The notes under the pieces: generated by a model
Told to the model about the DNA's origin: nothing
The model's input: the letters and a program-made list of their open reading frames with translations, nothing else
Databases searched by the model: none
Assembly: GCA_003235715.1 (NCBI GenBank)
Contig: QJVM01000148.1
Location: forward strand, 1 to 58,489
Length of the DNA: 58,489 nucleotides
Direction of reading: 5' to 3'
From: Nitrospirota bacterium
Lineage (GTDB): Bacteria > Nitrospirota > Thermodesulfovibrionia > SZUA-242
Translations under genes and position numbers: made by a program
Shown here: in pieces, positions 43,915 through 53,382 of the stretch
Layout: the number at the start of each line of letters is the position of its first letter
Position numbering within the stretch: position 1 is the stretch's first letter

Positions 43915-45552
43915 TCACGTATCCTTTTCCGATAGTTTCTGTCTGAAAAGTTCGGCGCGTCCGATGATGATGTTGCGCGCATTGCTGAATTCTATCAAGG
44001 GATGATCGTCGGAGTTGACGGGCCCGGTCGGTATGGCTCGAACCATCAGGGGCGAATAGGCCAACCGGTAGATCCCGTCCAGGGAGGGATACTTCCGGTT
44101 GATGTCCGCCATGATTGAAGTATAAGACCGGCCCGTGTCCACGTTGGTACCTACGAGGATCATGTTGTCGCCGTTAATGTGCCAGGCCGTCACGTGCCTG
44201 AAACTTCCGGAGAGGGTTCTGAGCAGCGTCCGGAGATCTTCTTCCGTCATCAGAAAATAATCCACCCAAAGCGCAAACACGCCGGCCGGATACAAGCGGT
44301 CCTGTACGAGCGAAAAAAACTCCCGGGTCAGGAGGGATCCGGAAGAAGGCTCCACGGCCCAGGATGGGCTGGCGACGATGATGTCATACTTCTCCCGGTT
44401 GAGCAGGAGGTAGTTCCGGCCGTCTGCCTCGACGTGGCGAATCCTGGGGGTCGTGAAGAGTTCCGGGTTCAGGAGGGTTCGGTTTACCTCCATAATGTCC
44501 CGGTTGATCTCCACTGAATCGATTTGCTCGGCCGGCAGGGATGCAAGATTCCTAAGGGTGTGACCTGAACCCAGGCCGATGCTGAGAATCTTCCTTGGAA
44601 CCGAGCGACTGGAATGCAACGCCCAGGGCAATTGAGCCAGGAGTCGAAACCCGGTGTCATCGCCCAATTCCAGTTTGCCATTATTGAACAGGACGTAGTA
44701 GTCCTCGAATTTCGTCAGGTACACTTCGCCATCCACCCCCTCGCGGTGATAGAGAATCCGGTGCCTGTCTGAATTCAGGATCTCGTCGATCAGGCTGGTG
44801 GCCCTTTTGTAGGAATCAAACCGGTACGCGGAGTAATAGCTGAAAAAGGGAATTTTCTCAGGATAGGTCGCGCCCAGCACGGCAGGGGCCCCCAGCAACA
44901 GGAGGAGGGCGGCCCTGAACGTCCGGGTGCCGGTCCGGGACAGGAACAGGATGACGCAGGCGCTGGCGATATTGAGCGTGGCCGCGGTGACGGCCGCCCA
45001 TTTGTTTCCGAAGAGAGGGACCAGAAGGAACCCTGCGGACAGAGATCCGGCGATGGCCCCCAGCGTATTGATGAAATACAAATGCCCGGATTCCCGACTC
45101 GCCTCCTGACGGTTAAGCGTGAAATAGCGTACGGCCACCGGAAACGTAAGGCCCATCAGGGTTGTGGGGATGCCCATGACCAGAAAGACGATGAAGAACT
45201 GCACGACGGAAAAAGCGTTAAAGGAGAGGTGGAAGGCGTAGAAACTCGCAATATAGAGGGGAGTCATCGCCCGAATGGCTGGGACGGTCAAGAGCCCCGT
45301 GACGCCGATCCCGAGTTCCGAGAGAGCAAAAACCCGTTCCGGTTTCTCCAGTCGTGGAGCAAAGCGGGCGCCGACAAGCCCCCCGATGGACAGGCCAGCC
45401 ATGAAGACCGAAAGCATGGTGGACAGGGCATAAGTCGAGGAGCCCATAACCGTTGAAAGGCTCCGGGTCCAGACCACTTCGTAGATCAGGGCTGCGGCAC
45501 CGGACAGTCCAAATCCGATAAAGACAAAGAAGCGAAGGTATCTCTCTCTCAG
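43915..45552 (-). CDS. Membrane-anchored spermidine-synthase-like protein (fused polytopic N-domain plus SpeE-fold methyltransferase-like domain)
   Basis: N-terminal TM helices; C-terminal ILSIGLGSGHT...VEINRDI...DIIVASPSW. The track ORF starts at GTG 45477, but the conserved TM1 (FGLSGAAALIYEVVWTR) lies upstream in frame. The proposed start is CTG 45552, preceded by AAGGAG; the start is uncertain. Confidence 0.75.
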   Translation of the reverse strand: MRERYLRFFVFIGFGLSGAAALIYEVVWTRSLSTVMGSSTYALSTMLSVFMAGLSIGGLVGARFAPRLEKPERVFALSELGIGVTGLLTVPAIRAMTPLYIASFYAFHLSFNAFSVVQFFIVFLVMGIPTTLMGLTFPVAVRYFTLNRQEASRESGHLYFINTLGAIAGSLSAGFLLVPLFGNKWAAVTAATLNIASACVILFLSRTGTRTFRAALLLLLGAPAVLGATYPEKIPFFSYYSAYRFDSYKRATSLIDEILNSDRHRILYHREGVDGEVYLTKFEDYYVLFNNGKLELGDDTGFRLLAQLPWALHSSRSVPRKILSIGLGSGHTLRNLASLPAEQIDSVEINRDIMEVNRTLLNPELFTTPRIRHVEADGRNYLLLNREKYDIIVASPSWAVEPSSGSLLTREFFSLVQDRLYPAGVFALWVDYFLMTEEDLRTLLRTLSGSFRHVTAWHINGDNMILVGTNVDTGRSYTSIMADINRKYPSLDGIYRLAYSPLMVRAIPTGPVNSDDHPLIEFSNARNIIIGRAELFRQKLSEKDT

Positions 45553-45853
45553 GGAACTCTCCTTGGCGGCCCGGGGGGTTCTTTCTCGGGCCCCTCGTAT
45601 ACCCTATCTTTCGGTTTCAAAAGGGAAAACCTTTCGCAGCATCCCCTCTAAACCCTTGCCCGGTTCCGGCGCAGCCTTTCCCCAACCCGGATTTATGGGC
45701 GTCTTCCCAAAGTTTTACAGTAACTGTCAGCAGTTTTTACGTCCTTTCTAGAGGCCCGTGCCCGCGTCGCCACTAATTCATTTATTTATCAGTGTGTTGT
45801 AAGTTGGCCCGGGTTTTGCTTATTAAACGCAAATTCAGGCGGAGGTGTAAAGC

Positions 45854-46027
45854 ATGCTTTCCAGTTATGAAACCCGGATGATTCTTGAACGAATGGAAAA
45901 GGAAATCCGTTTCCTGAAGGTGCTGCTCGGCGACACTTCCACGACCTCCGAGGGGATCGGGACCATTCCCCCCGATATGTACCAGAGGCAAGCCGAACCG
46001 GTTTATGCGCCTGAACGTACTCTCTGA
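45854..46027 (+). CDS. Small hypothetical protein (57 aa)
   Basis: GGAGGTG RBS 6 nt before the ATG; MLSSYETRMILERMEKEIRFLKVLLG.... A rho-independent terminator lies 35 nt downstream. It is below the track cut-off. Confidence 0.35.
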   Translation: MLSSYETRMILERMEKEIRFLKVLLGDTSTTSEGIGTIPPDMYQRQAEPVYAPERTL

Positions 46028-46062
46028 ACCTCCTTCCGTAGGGAATATCTTCCCATAAATTT

Positions 46063-46097
46063 CCGGCCGCGGGCGAACCCCCCGGCCGTTTTTTTTA
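46063..46097 (+). terminator. Rho-independent terminator
   Basis: GGCCGCGGG-CGAA-CCCCCCGGCC stem with one mismatch, followed by GTTTTTTTTAT. Confidence 0.6.
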
Positions 46098-46175
46098 TCT
46101 TGGAGCCGCCAGGCCTCTCGTTTGCGTCCCGCTCCCGTCCGAAATGAAGCCCTCCCGACGCCTCCCTCTTGCTCT

Positions 46176-46198
46176 TAATATATCGAGCTGATATATTA
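46176..46198. promoter_or_regulatory. Perfect inverted repeat, candidate PadR operator
   Basis: TAATATATC-GAGCT-GATATATTA, 10 nt upstream of the padR ATG. Confidence 0.5.
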
Positions 46199-46207
46199 CA
46201 CTCCGTT

Positions 46208-46783
46208 ATGAATATCCAGAACACCATCCTGGGTCTGCTCATGTCGGGTCCCAAAACGGGGTACGTCCTCAAACAGATGTTTGATTCGTCGCTGGGTTTT
46301 TTTGCCGGGGCTTCCTTCGGTTCCATTTATCCGACGCTTCGGAAGTGTGAAGAAGTTGGGCTCGTGAAGATGGACCTCGAGATACAGAATGGTCGACCGA
46401 ATCGTAAGGTCTATTCCCTTACGCCCAAAGGCAGAAAGGGGTTCCTCTCAGCGCTGCGTGCGGACCTTATCGTTTCTCCGTACCGGAACGAGTTTCTCAC
46501 AAAGCTCTTCTTCTTTTCGTATCTGGACGCCAGGGAGAGGGAGGGATTTGTACGCGATTATATCCGTTACGTCTCAGAAAAAATGGACCGCCTTGCCGAG
46601 CTGGACACGCTGGCCGGCGTGGAGCCCGATGCCTTCCAGGAGATGTGCTACGGGTTCGGGATACGCTATGTGAGGGAGCTGGCGCGTAATGCCAGAAAAC
46701 TGCAGAAAGAGGTCGAAAGGCACGATGACCCAGGAAGAAAACGCAAAGGAACCCTACGGTCCGGAAAGCGCACCCAAGGGTAG
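46208..46783 (+). CDS. PadR-family transcriptional regulator
   Basis: ILGLLMSGPKTGYVLKQ...GSIYPTLRKCEEVGLV...KVYSLTPKGRK winged-helix signature. Confidence 0.85.
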   Translation: MNIQNTILGLLMSGPKTGYVLKQMFDSSLGFFAGASFGSIYPTLRKCEEVGLVKMDLEIQNGRPNRKVYSLTPKGRKGFLSALRADLIVSPYRNEFLTKLFFFSYLDAREREGFVRDYIRYVSEKMDRLAELDTLAGVEPDAFQEMCYGFGIRYVRELARNARKLQKEVERHDDPGRKRKGTLRSGKRTQG

Positions 46784-47906
46784 ACAAGGCTCCGGGCCTC
46801 TCTACCAGGTCTGGAAATATTTTCCCCTGCTTCTGCTCCTTGTGCTGGTTCTTGTGGCCATGGTGCTCGGCGCGGGCATTGGCCGGGAGAGGGAGCGGCT
46901 GGCCGCCGAGAAGGCTTCCGAGATCAAGTCCGTGGTGCCTCCTGCCAATGTCGTGGTGCAACGACTGGTCCCGGTTACGGTTGAGGATCGCCTGAGCCTT
47001 CCGGCCACGGTGGAGCCCTGGACCGATCTCGAATTGCTGGCCCAGATTCACGGTCGCGTGGTTGAGATCCCGGTCAAACTGGGTGACCGGGTGGCCGCAG
47101 GAGATGTGATCGCCCGGGTCGACCCGCGGGATTATGAACTGGCCGTCACCTCGGCGCGGGCCGCCTTTGAATTGGCCAGGGCCGAGCGTTCCCGCATCCA
47201 GGATATCTTTGAACGGGGCCTGGTGTCCCGGGCGGAAATGGACCGGGCCGCATCCCAATTCGATGCCCAGGAAGCCGCCCTTCACCATGCGGAGATCCAG
47301 CTGGAACGGTGCACGATTGCCGCGCCCCTTTCGGGGACCCTGAACCGGCTCGATATTGACGTGGGGACCCTTCTGAAGGATGGTGACCCCGTGGGTCAGA
47401 TCTATGAACTGGGGCGGGTCAAGATAGTGGTGGGGATCCCCGAAAGCGACGTGGACCCGGTGCGGACGCTGGAAAAGATCGAGGTGATCATTCCCGCTCT
47501 CGGAGACCGAAGGGTCATCGGAAGGCCGTATGCCCTTACGAGCGACTCGAAATCCCTGGCTCGCCTTTACCGGCTCGAACTGGAAGTGCGGAACCCCGAC
47601 GGGAAGATCCTCCCTTCCATGTTCGGTCGCGCTGAAGTGGTCAAGAGCCGCGTCCCTGACAGTGTGGCCATCCCGCTTTACTCGGTCATTGCCCGGAACA
47701 ATGAAAACTTTGTTTACGTGGTGAATGACTCGCATGCGGTGCGCCGGGAGGTGGAACTGGGCATCCTGGACGGCTGGATGATCCAGATTACGAAAGGTTT
47801 GAAGCCGGGGGACCGGGTTCTGGTCGTGGGACATCGGAACGTGAACGAGGGACAGGAAGTTTCCGTGGTGCGCGAAGTCACGGAGGCCGAGGATATTCTC
47901 CGATGA
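46725..47906 (+). CDS. Efflux RND transporter periplasmic adaptor subunit
   Basis: TM anchor, GRVVEIPVKLGDRVAAGDVIARVDP lipoyl motif, coiled coil, and IAAPLSGTL. The start is at the internal Met and overlaps the padR tail by 59 nt. Confidence 0.88.
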   Translation: MTQEENAKEPYGPESAPKGRQGSGPLYQVWKYFPLLLLLVLVLVAMVLGAGIGRERERLAAEKASEIKSVVPPANVVVQRLVPVTVEDRLSLPATVEPWTDLELLAQIHGRVVEIPVKLGDRVAAGDVIARVDPRDYELAVTSARAAFELARAERSRIQDIFERGLVSRAEMDRAASQFDAQEAALHHAEIQLERCTIAAPLSGTLNRLDIDVGTLLKDGDPVGQIYELGRVKIVVGIPESDVDPVRTLEKIEVIIPALGDRRVIGRPYALTSDSKSLARLYRLELEVRNPDGKILPSMFGRAEVVKSRVPDSVAIPLYSVIARNNENFVYVVNDSHAVRREVELGILDGWMIQITKGLKPGDRVLVVGHRNVNEGQEVSVVREVTEAEDILR

Positions 47907-50900
47907 TCGTATCCGATAATGCGGTTCGAAAGAGTACGAGTGTCGTCGTTCTGGCGCTCATCATTCTTGTCTTTGGAACATACTGTTATCGGGCCCTGCC
48001 CCGCGAGAGTGAGCCTGACATCACCATTCCCAATGTCTTTGTCTCCACCACCTACAAGGGGGTATCGCCCGAGGAGATGGAGACTTCCGTCACCATCGAG
48101 ATCGAGAAGAAGCTGAAGGGACTGGAAGGAGTCAAGAAGATCCACTCGGTCAGTTCCGAGGGCCTCTCGTCCATCAATATCGAGTTCGAAACGGACGTGG
48201 ACATCGACAAGGCCCTTCAGGACGTCCGGGACAAAGTGGATGAGGCCAAGAACGAACTGCCCACGGACCTCGAAGACGACCCCGTTGTTTTTGAAGTGAA
48301 CTTTTCAGAACTCCCCATCGTCGTTTATTCCCTAAGCGGAACCTGCGGGCTGCCATGTCTCAAGCGTATTGCTGACGACCTCGAGGACGATATTGAGGCC
48401 ATCCCCGGAGTCCTTGACGTGGAAGTTACCGGAGGTCTTGAGCGTGAAATTCGGGTCGAGGTGATCCCGGACAAACTGGCGTATTACGGGATACCGGTCA
48501 CCGCCGTGAACCGGACCATCACGGCAGAGAACGCCAATACCTCAGGCGGGGCCATCCGCATGGGCGACGGGCGTTTCACGCTCCGCGTCCCCGGAGAGTT
48601 CGAGCGTCCCAACGACATTTACACGCTTGTGGTCGGAAACCACGAGGGCCATCCGGTTTACCTCAAGGACGTGGCCCAGGTGGTGGACTCCTTCAAGGAT
48701 GAGACCAGCCGCTCACGCATGGACGGCAGGGATGCGGTCAACCTCGCGGTCAAGAAGCGAACCGGGGAGAACATCATTGCCATCTCGGATGAAATATCCA
48801 GTCTGATAGAGCGACGGAGAGGGACTTGGCCCCTGGGGACGGAGATTACCAAGGTCATGGACAAGGCCAAGGATATCCGGAGCATGGTGGCCGACCTTGA
48901 AAACAACATTTTGAGCGGATTGATCCTCGTGGTCTTTGTGATCCTCTTTGCCATGGGCTTCCGGAACGCGGTTCTCGTCAGCCTGGCCATTCCCTTTTCC
49001 ATGCTGTTGTCCTTCATGGTGATGTATGCCCTCGGCATGACGCTGAACATGGTCGTCCTGTTCAGCCTGACACTCGCGCTGGGTATGCTGGTCGACAATG
49101 CCATCGTCATTGTAGAGAACATCTACCGCTACCTGGAGCAGGGGGTTCCTCGCATGCAAGCGGCCATGAAGGCGACCTCGGAGGTGGCCTACCCGGTCAT
49201 CGGTTCCACCCTGACCACGCTGGTGGCCTTTGGTCCGATGATCTTCTGGCCCGGCATCATGGGCGAGTTCATGAGCTATCTGCCCATTACGCTCATCATC
49301 ACGCTCTCCTCCAGCCTGTTTGTCGCCATGGTCATCAATCCGGCGCTGGCCTCGCTGTTCATGCGGTCCGGGAAGGGCCGCAACGGCGCAGCGGCGGCCC
49401 TGACGGCGGAGCAGGTCGCCCGTGCGGGGGAGAAGCCGGTAAGCCTCTCGGGGCCTATTCTTAAGGTCTACAGCAGAGTCCTGGAGGGGGCTCTCAAACA
49501 TCGCGTGGTCGTGGTGCTCACCAGCTTCGTGATTCTGGCACTCCTGATCCAGGGGTGGCTCCTTTTGGTCGGAATAGACAAGCCGGTCGAATTCTTTCCC
49601 GACATTGACCCCAAAGGGATGTATGTCAATGTGGACGTGCCCGAGGGTTCGGACCTGAATTACATCGACCGGATCATGAGAAATATCGAGATGGCCGTGG
49701 CAGGGGTCCCCAGGAGTGAGCGGGACGACCCGACTTTATCTCAACATGATATCTATCGGAAAGGGCTTGCGCCGAAGCCCCATAAGACCCTCGGAGGGCT
49801 CGAGTTCGAAGGACCCAGTGACCTTGGAAACGTCAAGAACCTTTATGCCAAGGCGGTGGTGACGACGGCCGGTGGGATGGCTTTCGACCCGAACGCTCCC
49901 AACCACGTGGGAATCCAGTTCATCGACCTTGAGGAGCGGACCGAGCCTTCATCCCATACGCTGGAGACGATTCGGGAAAGAGTGAAGGATATCGCGGGTG
50001 GAAAGATAACGGTGGCGAAGCAGGAGGAGGGGCCACCGACCGGCGCGCCGATCAACATCGAGATTTCGGGGGACAATTTCAGCGTTCTGGGTCAGCTGGC
50101 GGAGAAGGTCAAAGAGATCATTTCCCGGGTCCCGCACGTGGAGGATGTACGGGACGATTACGTGGAAGGGACGCCCTCGGTCCGGGTCCGGGTAGACCGC
50201 CAGAAGGCGGCCCTTTTCGGCATGTCGTCGGGCGATATCGGCTTTGCCCTCAAGACGGGTTACAACGGGCTGGATGTGTCCACCTACCGGGAGGGCGACG
50301 AGGACTTCGATATTACCGTCCAGCTCTCGGAATCGGACCGGAAGGTTACGGATGTTCTTCGAGAGCTTATCCTTCCGACCCCGAGCGGCGCCTTTATCCC
50401 CCTCACGACCGTGGCCTCCATCGACTATACGGGCAGCATCGGCGACATCGTCCGGATCAACCATGAACGGGTGGTTACGGTCAAGGCCAACGTGGACGAG
50501 GACAAGATTCCAGGGCCGGTGGCCCGGGCCCAGTGCGAGGAAATTCTGAAATCCCTGCCGCTTCCTCCCGGATACCGGCTGAAGTTCACCGGTGAGTTCG
50601 AGTTTCAGAAAGAGTCTGAGGATTTCCTGAGCAAGGCGTTCGTCATCGCCCTTTTTCTCATCTTCCTGGTCCTGGTTTCGCAGTTCAATTCCGTGTCCCA
50701 GCCCTTTATCATCATGACCTCGGTTATCATTTCGCTGGGAGGGGCGTTTCTGGGACTTGCCGTGTTCCGGCAGCCCTTTGGCATAATCATGACCGGTGTG
50801 GGCGTGATTTCTCTGGCAGGGGTGGTCGTCAACAACGCCATTGTTCTCATCGACTACACGAACAAGCTCCGGGAGAGGGGCCTGGCCCTGAAGGATGCTA

Positions 50901-51244
50901 TCATTTCCGGAGGAGCGACTCGGCTCCGACCGGTTTTGCTGACGGCCGTGACCACGATCCTCGGACTCATTCCGATGGTGACTGGAATCTCCTACGATTT
51001 TCACCGCTGGCAGATATCCTGGGTCAGTGAGTCCAGCCAGTGGTGGCGTTCCATGGCGGTGGTCGTCATCTTTGGACTGATGGTGGCCACGTTTATGACC
51101 CTGGTGGTGGTCCCGGTTCTGTACTCCTTGTTTGCCACGGCCGGTGAGTCCCTCGGGCAGGGGGCCGGCTGGGTGAGACGGATGTACTGGCGGCCCTATG
51201 AACTAATGACGCGAAAGAACGCGGAGCGAGGTACGGAGAAATGA
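47903..51244 (+). CDS. Efflux RND transporter permease (AcrB/HAE family)
   Basis: 1113 aa with a 12-TM AcrB-like organisation and two large periplasmic loops. ATGA overlap with the adaptor gene. Confidence 0.95.
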   Translation: MIVSDNAVRKSTSVVVLALIILVFGTYCYRALPRESEPDITIPNVFVSTTYKGVSPEEMETSVTIEIEKKLKGLEGVKKIHSVSSEGLSSINIEFETDVDIDKALQDVRDKVDEAKNELPTDLEDDPVVFEVNFSELPIVVYSLSGTCGLPCLKRIADDLEDDIEAIPGVLDVEVTGGLEREIRVEVIPDKLAYYGIPVTAVNRTITAENANTSGGAIRMGDGRFTLRVPGEFERPNDIYTLVVGNHEGHPVYLKDVAQVVDSFKDETSRSRMDGRDAVNLAVKKRTGENIIAISDEISSLIERRRGTWPLGTEITKVMDKAKDIRSMVADLENNILSGLILVVFVILFAMGFRNAVLVSLAIPFSMLLSFMVMYALGMTLNMVVLFSLTLALGMLVDNAIVIVENIYRYLEQGVPRMQAAMKATSEVAYPVIGSTLTTLVAFGPMIFWPGIMGEFMSYLPITLIITLSSSLFVAMVINPALASLFMRSGKGRNGAAAALTAEQVARAGEKPVSLSGPILKVYSRVLEGALKHRVVVVLTSFVILALLIQGWLLLVGIDKPVEFFPDIDPKGMYVNVDVPEGSDLNYIDRIMRNIEMAVAGVPRSERDDPTLSQHDIYRKGLAPKPHKTLGGLEFEGPSDLGNVKNLYAKAVVTTAGGMAFDPNAPNHVGIQFIDLEERTEPSSHTLETIRERVKDIAGGKITVAKQEEGPPTGAPINIEISGDNFSVLGQLAEKVKEIISRVPHVEDVRDDYVEGTPSVRVRVDRQKAALFGMSSGDIGFALKTGYNGLDVSTYREGDEDFDITVQLSESDRKVTDVLRELILPTPSGAFIPLTTVASIDYTGSIGDIVRINHERVVTVKANVDEDKIPGPVARAQCEEILKSLPLPPGYRLKFTGEFEFQKESEDFLSKAFVIALFLIFLVLVSQFNSVSQPFIIMTSVIISLGGAFLGLAVFRQPFGIIMTGVGVISLAGVVVNNAIVLIDYTNKLRERGLALKDAIISGGATRLRPVLLTAVTTILGLIPMVTGISYDFHRWQISWVSESSQWWRSMAVVVIFGLMVATFMTLVVVPVLYSLFATAGESLGQGAGWVRRMYWRPYELMTRKNAERGTEK

Positions 51245-52758
51245 AGATGAATACCGAGAGCGGATGGTCTATCCTGACGGCCATCCTGTTTTGTCTGGGA
51301 ATAGTGGTGCCGGGGGCCCGGGCGGCGGATACCCTTGAGCTTTCGGTCCGGGAGGCCGTTGGTATGGCTCTTGAGAACAACCTGGGTCTTCGGCTCGACC
51401 GCCAGGACATCCAGTCGGCCGAGGGGCGCCTTGAAACCGAACACGGAACCTTTGATACGATATTGTCGGCGGAAGCCCAGACTTCCGAATCCCGTTCGGA
51501 AAATACCAGCCTTCTTTCTTCAAAGGATACGGTCGAACTAGACCAGACCGACTGGCGTGCTTCGGTCTCGAAAACCTTTTCAACCGGCACGAACCTCCTG
51601 CTTGCGTGGGATAATGCCCGTTCAGAAACCAACACCGCGGTCGCCGGCTCAGGAACCAGCACCACCGTGGCGACCCTGGACCCTGCCTATTCCTCCTCGC
51701 TCAATCTGAGTCTGATTCAGCCGCTTCTCAAGGGAAGAGGCACGGAACGCCAGACGCTCGGGATTCGTGCAGCCGAGGAGGGCCTTCAGGCGGCCCGCTT
51801 CCAGGTGGACGATACGGCCGCGCAACTCGCGGCGGATGTCAAGAAGGCTTACTGGCAACTCTCCCTGTCACTTGAAGACATAGAGGTCCGACGGCTTTCT
51901 CTTGAGCTGGCGCAGAAGCTGCTCGACGAAACCCGGGCCAAGATAGACGCCGGCGTTCTGGCGCCGGTCGATGTGTACCAGCCTGAGGCGGAGGTTGCGC
52001 GGAGGGAGGAGTTGTTGATTCGAAGTCAGAAAGGCGTGGCCGATGCGGAGGACAGTCTGAAGGTGCTGCTCAACCTTAAGGACTGGGCGGGAGAGGTGAG
52101 GTTGACGGACAAGCCCACGCCCGGGATGCCGGAACCGGTCATGGAAGAGATCGTTCGTGCTGCGCTCGAGAGCAGGAAGGATATCAAGGCCGCCGAGGCC
52201 AGGCTGGTATCCTCTCGCTGGATTCGTGAACGGGCCGAGGATGCGGTCCGCCCGTCGCTGAATCTTGTGGGCGGAGCCGGGATATCCGGACTTGACGATT
52301 CCTATAGTGGTGCTCTGGACGATTACACGGGCGAGTCTTACTACAACTGGAGCGTCGGGCTCCAGTTCAGTGTCCCCTTTGAAAACCGCGCCGCTCGTGG
52401 TGAGGTGATACGGGTTCGCTCTGAAGAGGAAAAGGCGGCCCTTCAGCTCGACCTCTTGCGTCAGAATGTCACGGTGGAGGCCCGGTCAGCGGTGCGCAAC
52501 GCCGAGACGGCGGGCAAGGCCCTTGTGGCAGCCCAGAAATCGAGCCTGGCCTTCAAAAAACGCCTGGAGACGGAACAGGCCCGGTTCGAGGTGGGACTGT
52601 CGACGGCGAATGACGTGCTTCAGGCTCAGGACGAATATGCCCAGGCCCTGATCAGCGAGAAAAGTGCCCTGATTGGCCTTGAAAATGCGATGGCGGATCT
52701 GGACCGGGTTCAAGGGGCTTTAAGCCTCGGAGACAGGGAATCGGGCCGGCAACTCTAA
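51241..52758 (+). CDS. TolC-family outer membrane efflux protein
   Basis: 505 aa with a signal peptide and two OEP repeats. ATGA overlap with the RND gene. Confidence 0.9.
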   Translation: MKMNTESGWSILTAILFCLGIVVPGARAADTLELSVREAVGMALENNLGLRLDRQDIQSAEGRLETEHGTFDTILSAEAQTSESRSENTSLLSSKDTVELDQTDWRASVSKTFSTGTNLLLAWDNARSETNTAVAGSGTSTTVATLDPAYSSSLNLSLIQPLLKGRGTERQTLGIRAAEEGLQAARFQVDDTAAQLAADVKKAYWQLSLSLEDIEVRRLSLELAQKLLDETRAKIDAGVLAPVDVYQPEAEVARREELLIRSQKGVADAEDSLKVLLNLKDWAGEVRLTDKPTPGMPEPVMEEIVRAALESRKDIKAAEARLVSSRWIRERAEDAVRPSLNLVGGAGISGLDDSYSGALDDYTGESYYNWSVGLQFSVPFENRAARGEVIRVRSEEEKAALQLDLLRQNVTVEARSAVRNAETAGKALVAAQKSSLAFKKRLETEQARFEVGLSTANDVLQAQDEYAQALISEKSALIGLENAMADLDRVQGALSLGDRESGRQL

Positions 52759-52779
52759 GGGAGGCCCAGGGTGATGCCG

Positions 52780-53118
52780 TCAGCCGATGAAGAATTTCTC
52801 AGGGGGCCGGCGCTCCGGAACATAGGGGTGTTCCTGCGTGCCCTCGTTCCATTGTTTTGACACGTAGAGGCCGCAGTAGCAGCTTCCGAATTCCTTCACG
52901 TCCGGCTCCCGATAAAGACAGGGGCAGATGATGTCCTTGTCCCGTTCCCGGTCTCCGCTGGCGAGACGGCAGGGACAGGCCATGTATCCGTACCGATTCT
53001 TGTTGGTCAGAAGCCCCTCCAGCAGTTCCAGCGTTTCGGTCTCGTCGGCGTTGAACAAGTAGCCGAGGGGTTCCTGAATCTTGCGAAGGGTTTCGTAAAG
53101 TTTCCGAACGTCGCTCAT
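52780..53118 (-). CDS. Ferredoxin:thioredoxin reductase catalytic-subunit-like protein
   Basis: CPCR...CPC...CYC cysteine pattern (MACPCRLASG...IICPCLYR...GSCYCGLYV). Confidence 0.8.
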   Translation of the reverse strand: MSDVRKLYETLRKIQEPLGYLFNADETETLELLEGLLTNKNRYGYMACPCRLASGDRERDKDIICPCLYREPDVKEFGSCYCGLYVSKQWNEGTQEHPYVPERRPPEKFFIG

Positions 53119-53372
53119 GCCATTCCGAGGGCCTCCCTGATCTCGTTCTCCCGGAAGCCTACGATAACCCTGTCTCCAATCACGATGGTTGGCACCGAGC
53201 AGGAGGGGTTCAGCTTACGGATATCCTCCATGACGGCTTTTTTCTCCTCTTCCTCGAGCAGGTCGACGTCCGTGAATTCATAATGGACCGTACATGAATC
53301 AAGGAACCGCTTGGCCGCCTTGCAGTGCGCGCAGGTGCTGATGGTGTATAACCTTACGGGAAGGTTCTTCAT
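53115..53372 (-). CDS. Glutaredoxin/NrdH-like small redoxin
   Basis: 85 aa from the internal Met. YTISTCAHCKAAKRFL (CxxC) and VPTIVIG (cis-Pro region). Overlaps the FTR-like start. Confidence 0.8.
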   Translation of the reverse strand: MKNLPVRLYTISTCAHCKAAKRFLDSCTVHYEFTDVDLLEEEEKKAVMEDIRKLNPSCSVPTIVIGDRVIVGFRENEIREALGMA

Positions 53373-53382
53373 CCCTCTTCCT

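Noticed and set aside
45782-46326. Minus-strand track ORFs of 69 and 107 aa, between the SpeE-like and PadR genes.
   Set aside because: They have no RBS and a biased composition. They overlap the plus-strand terminator, the PadR operator and the padR start.
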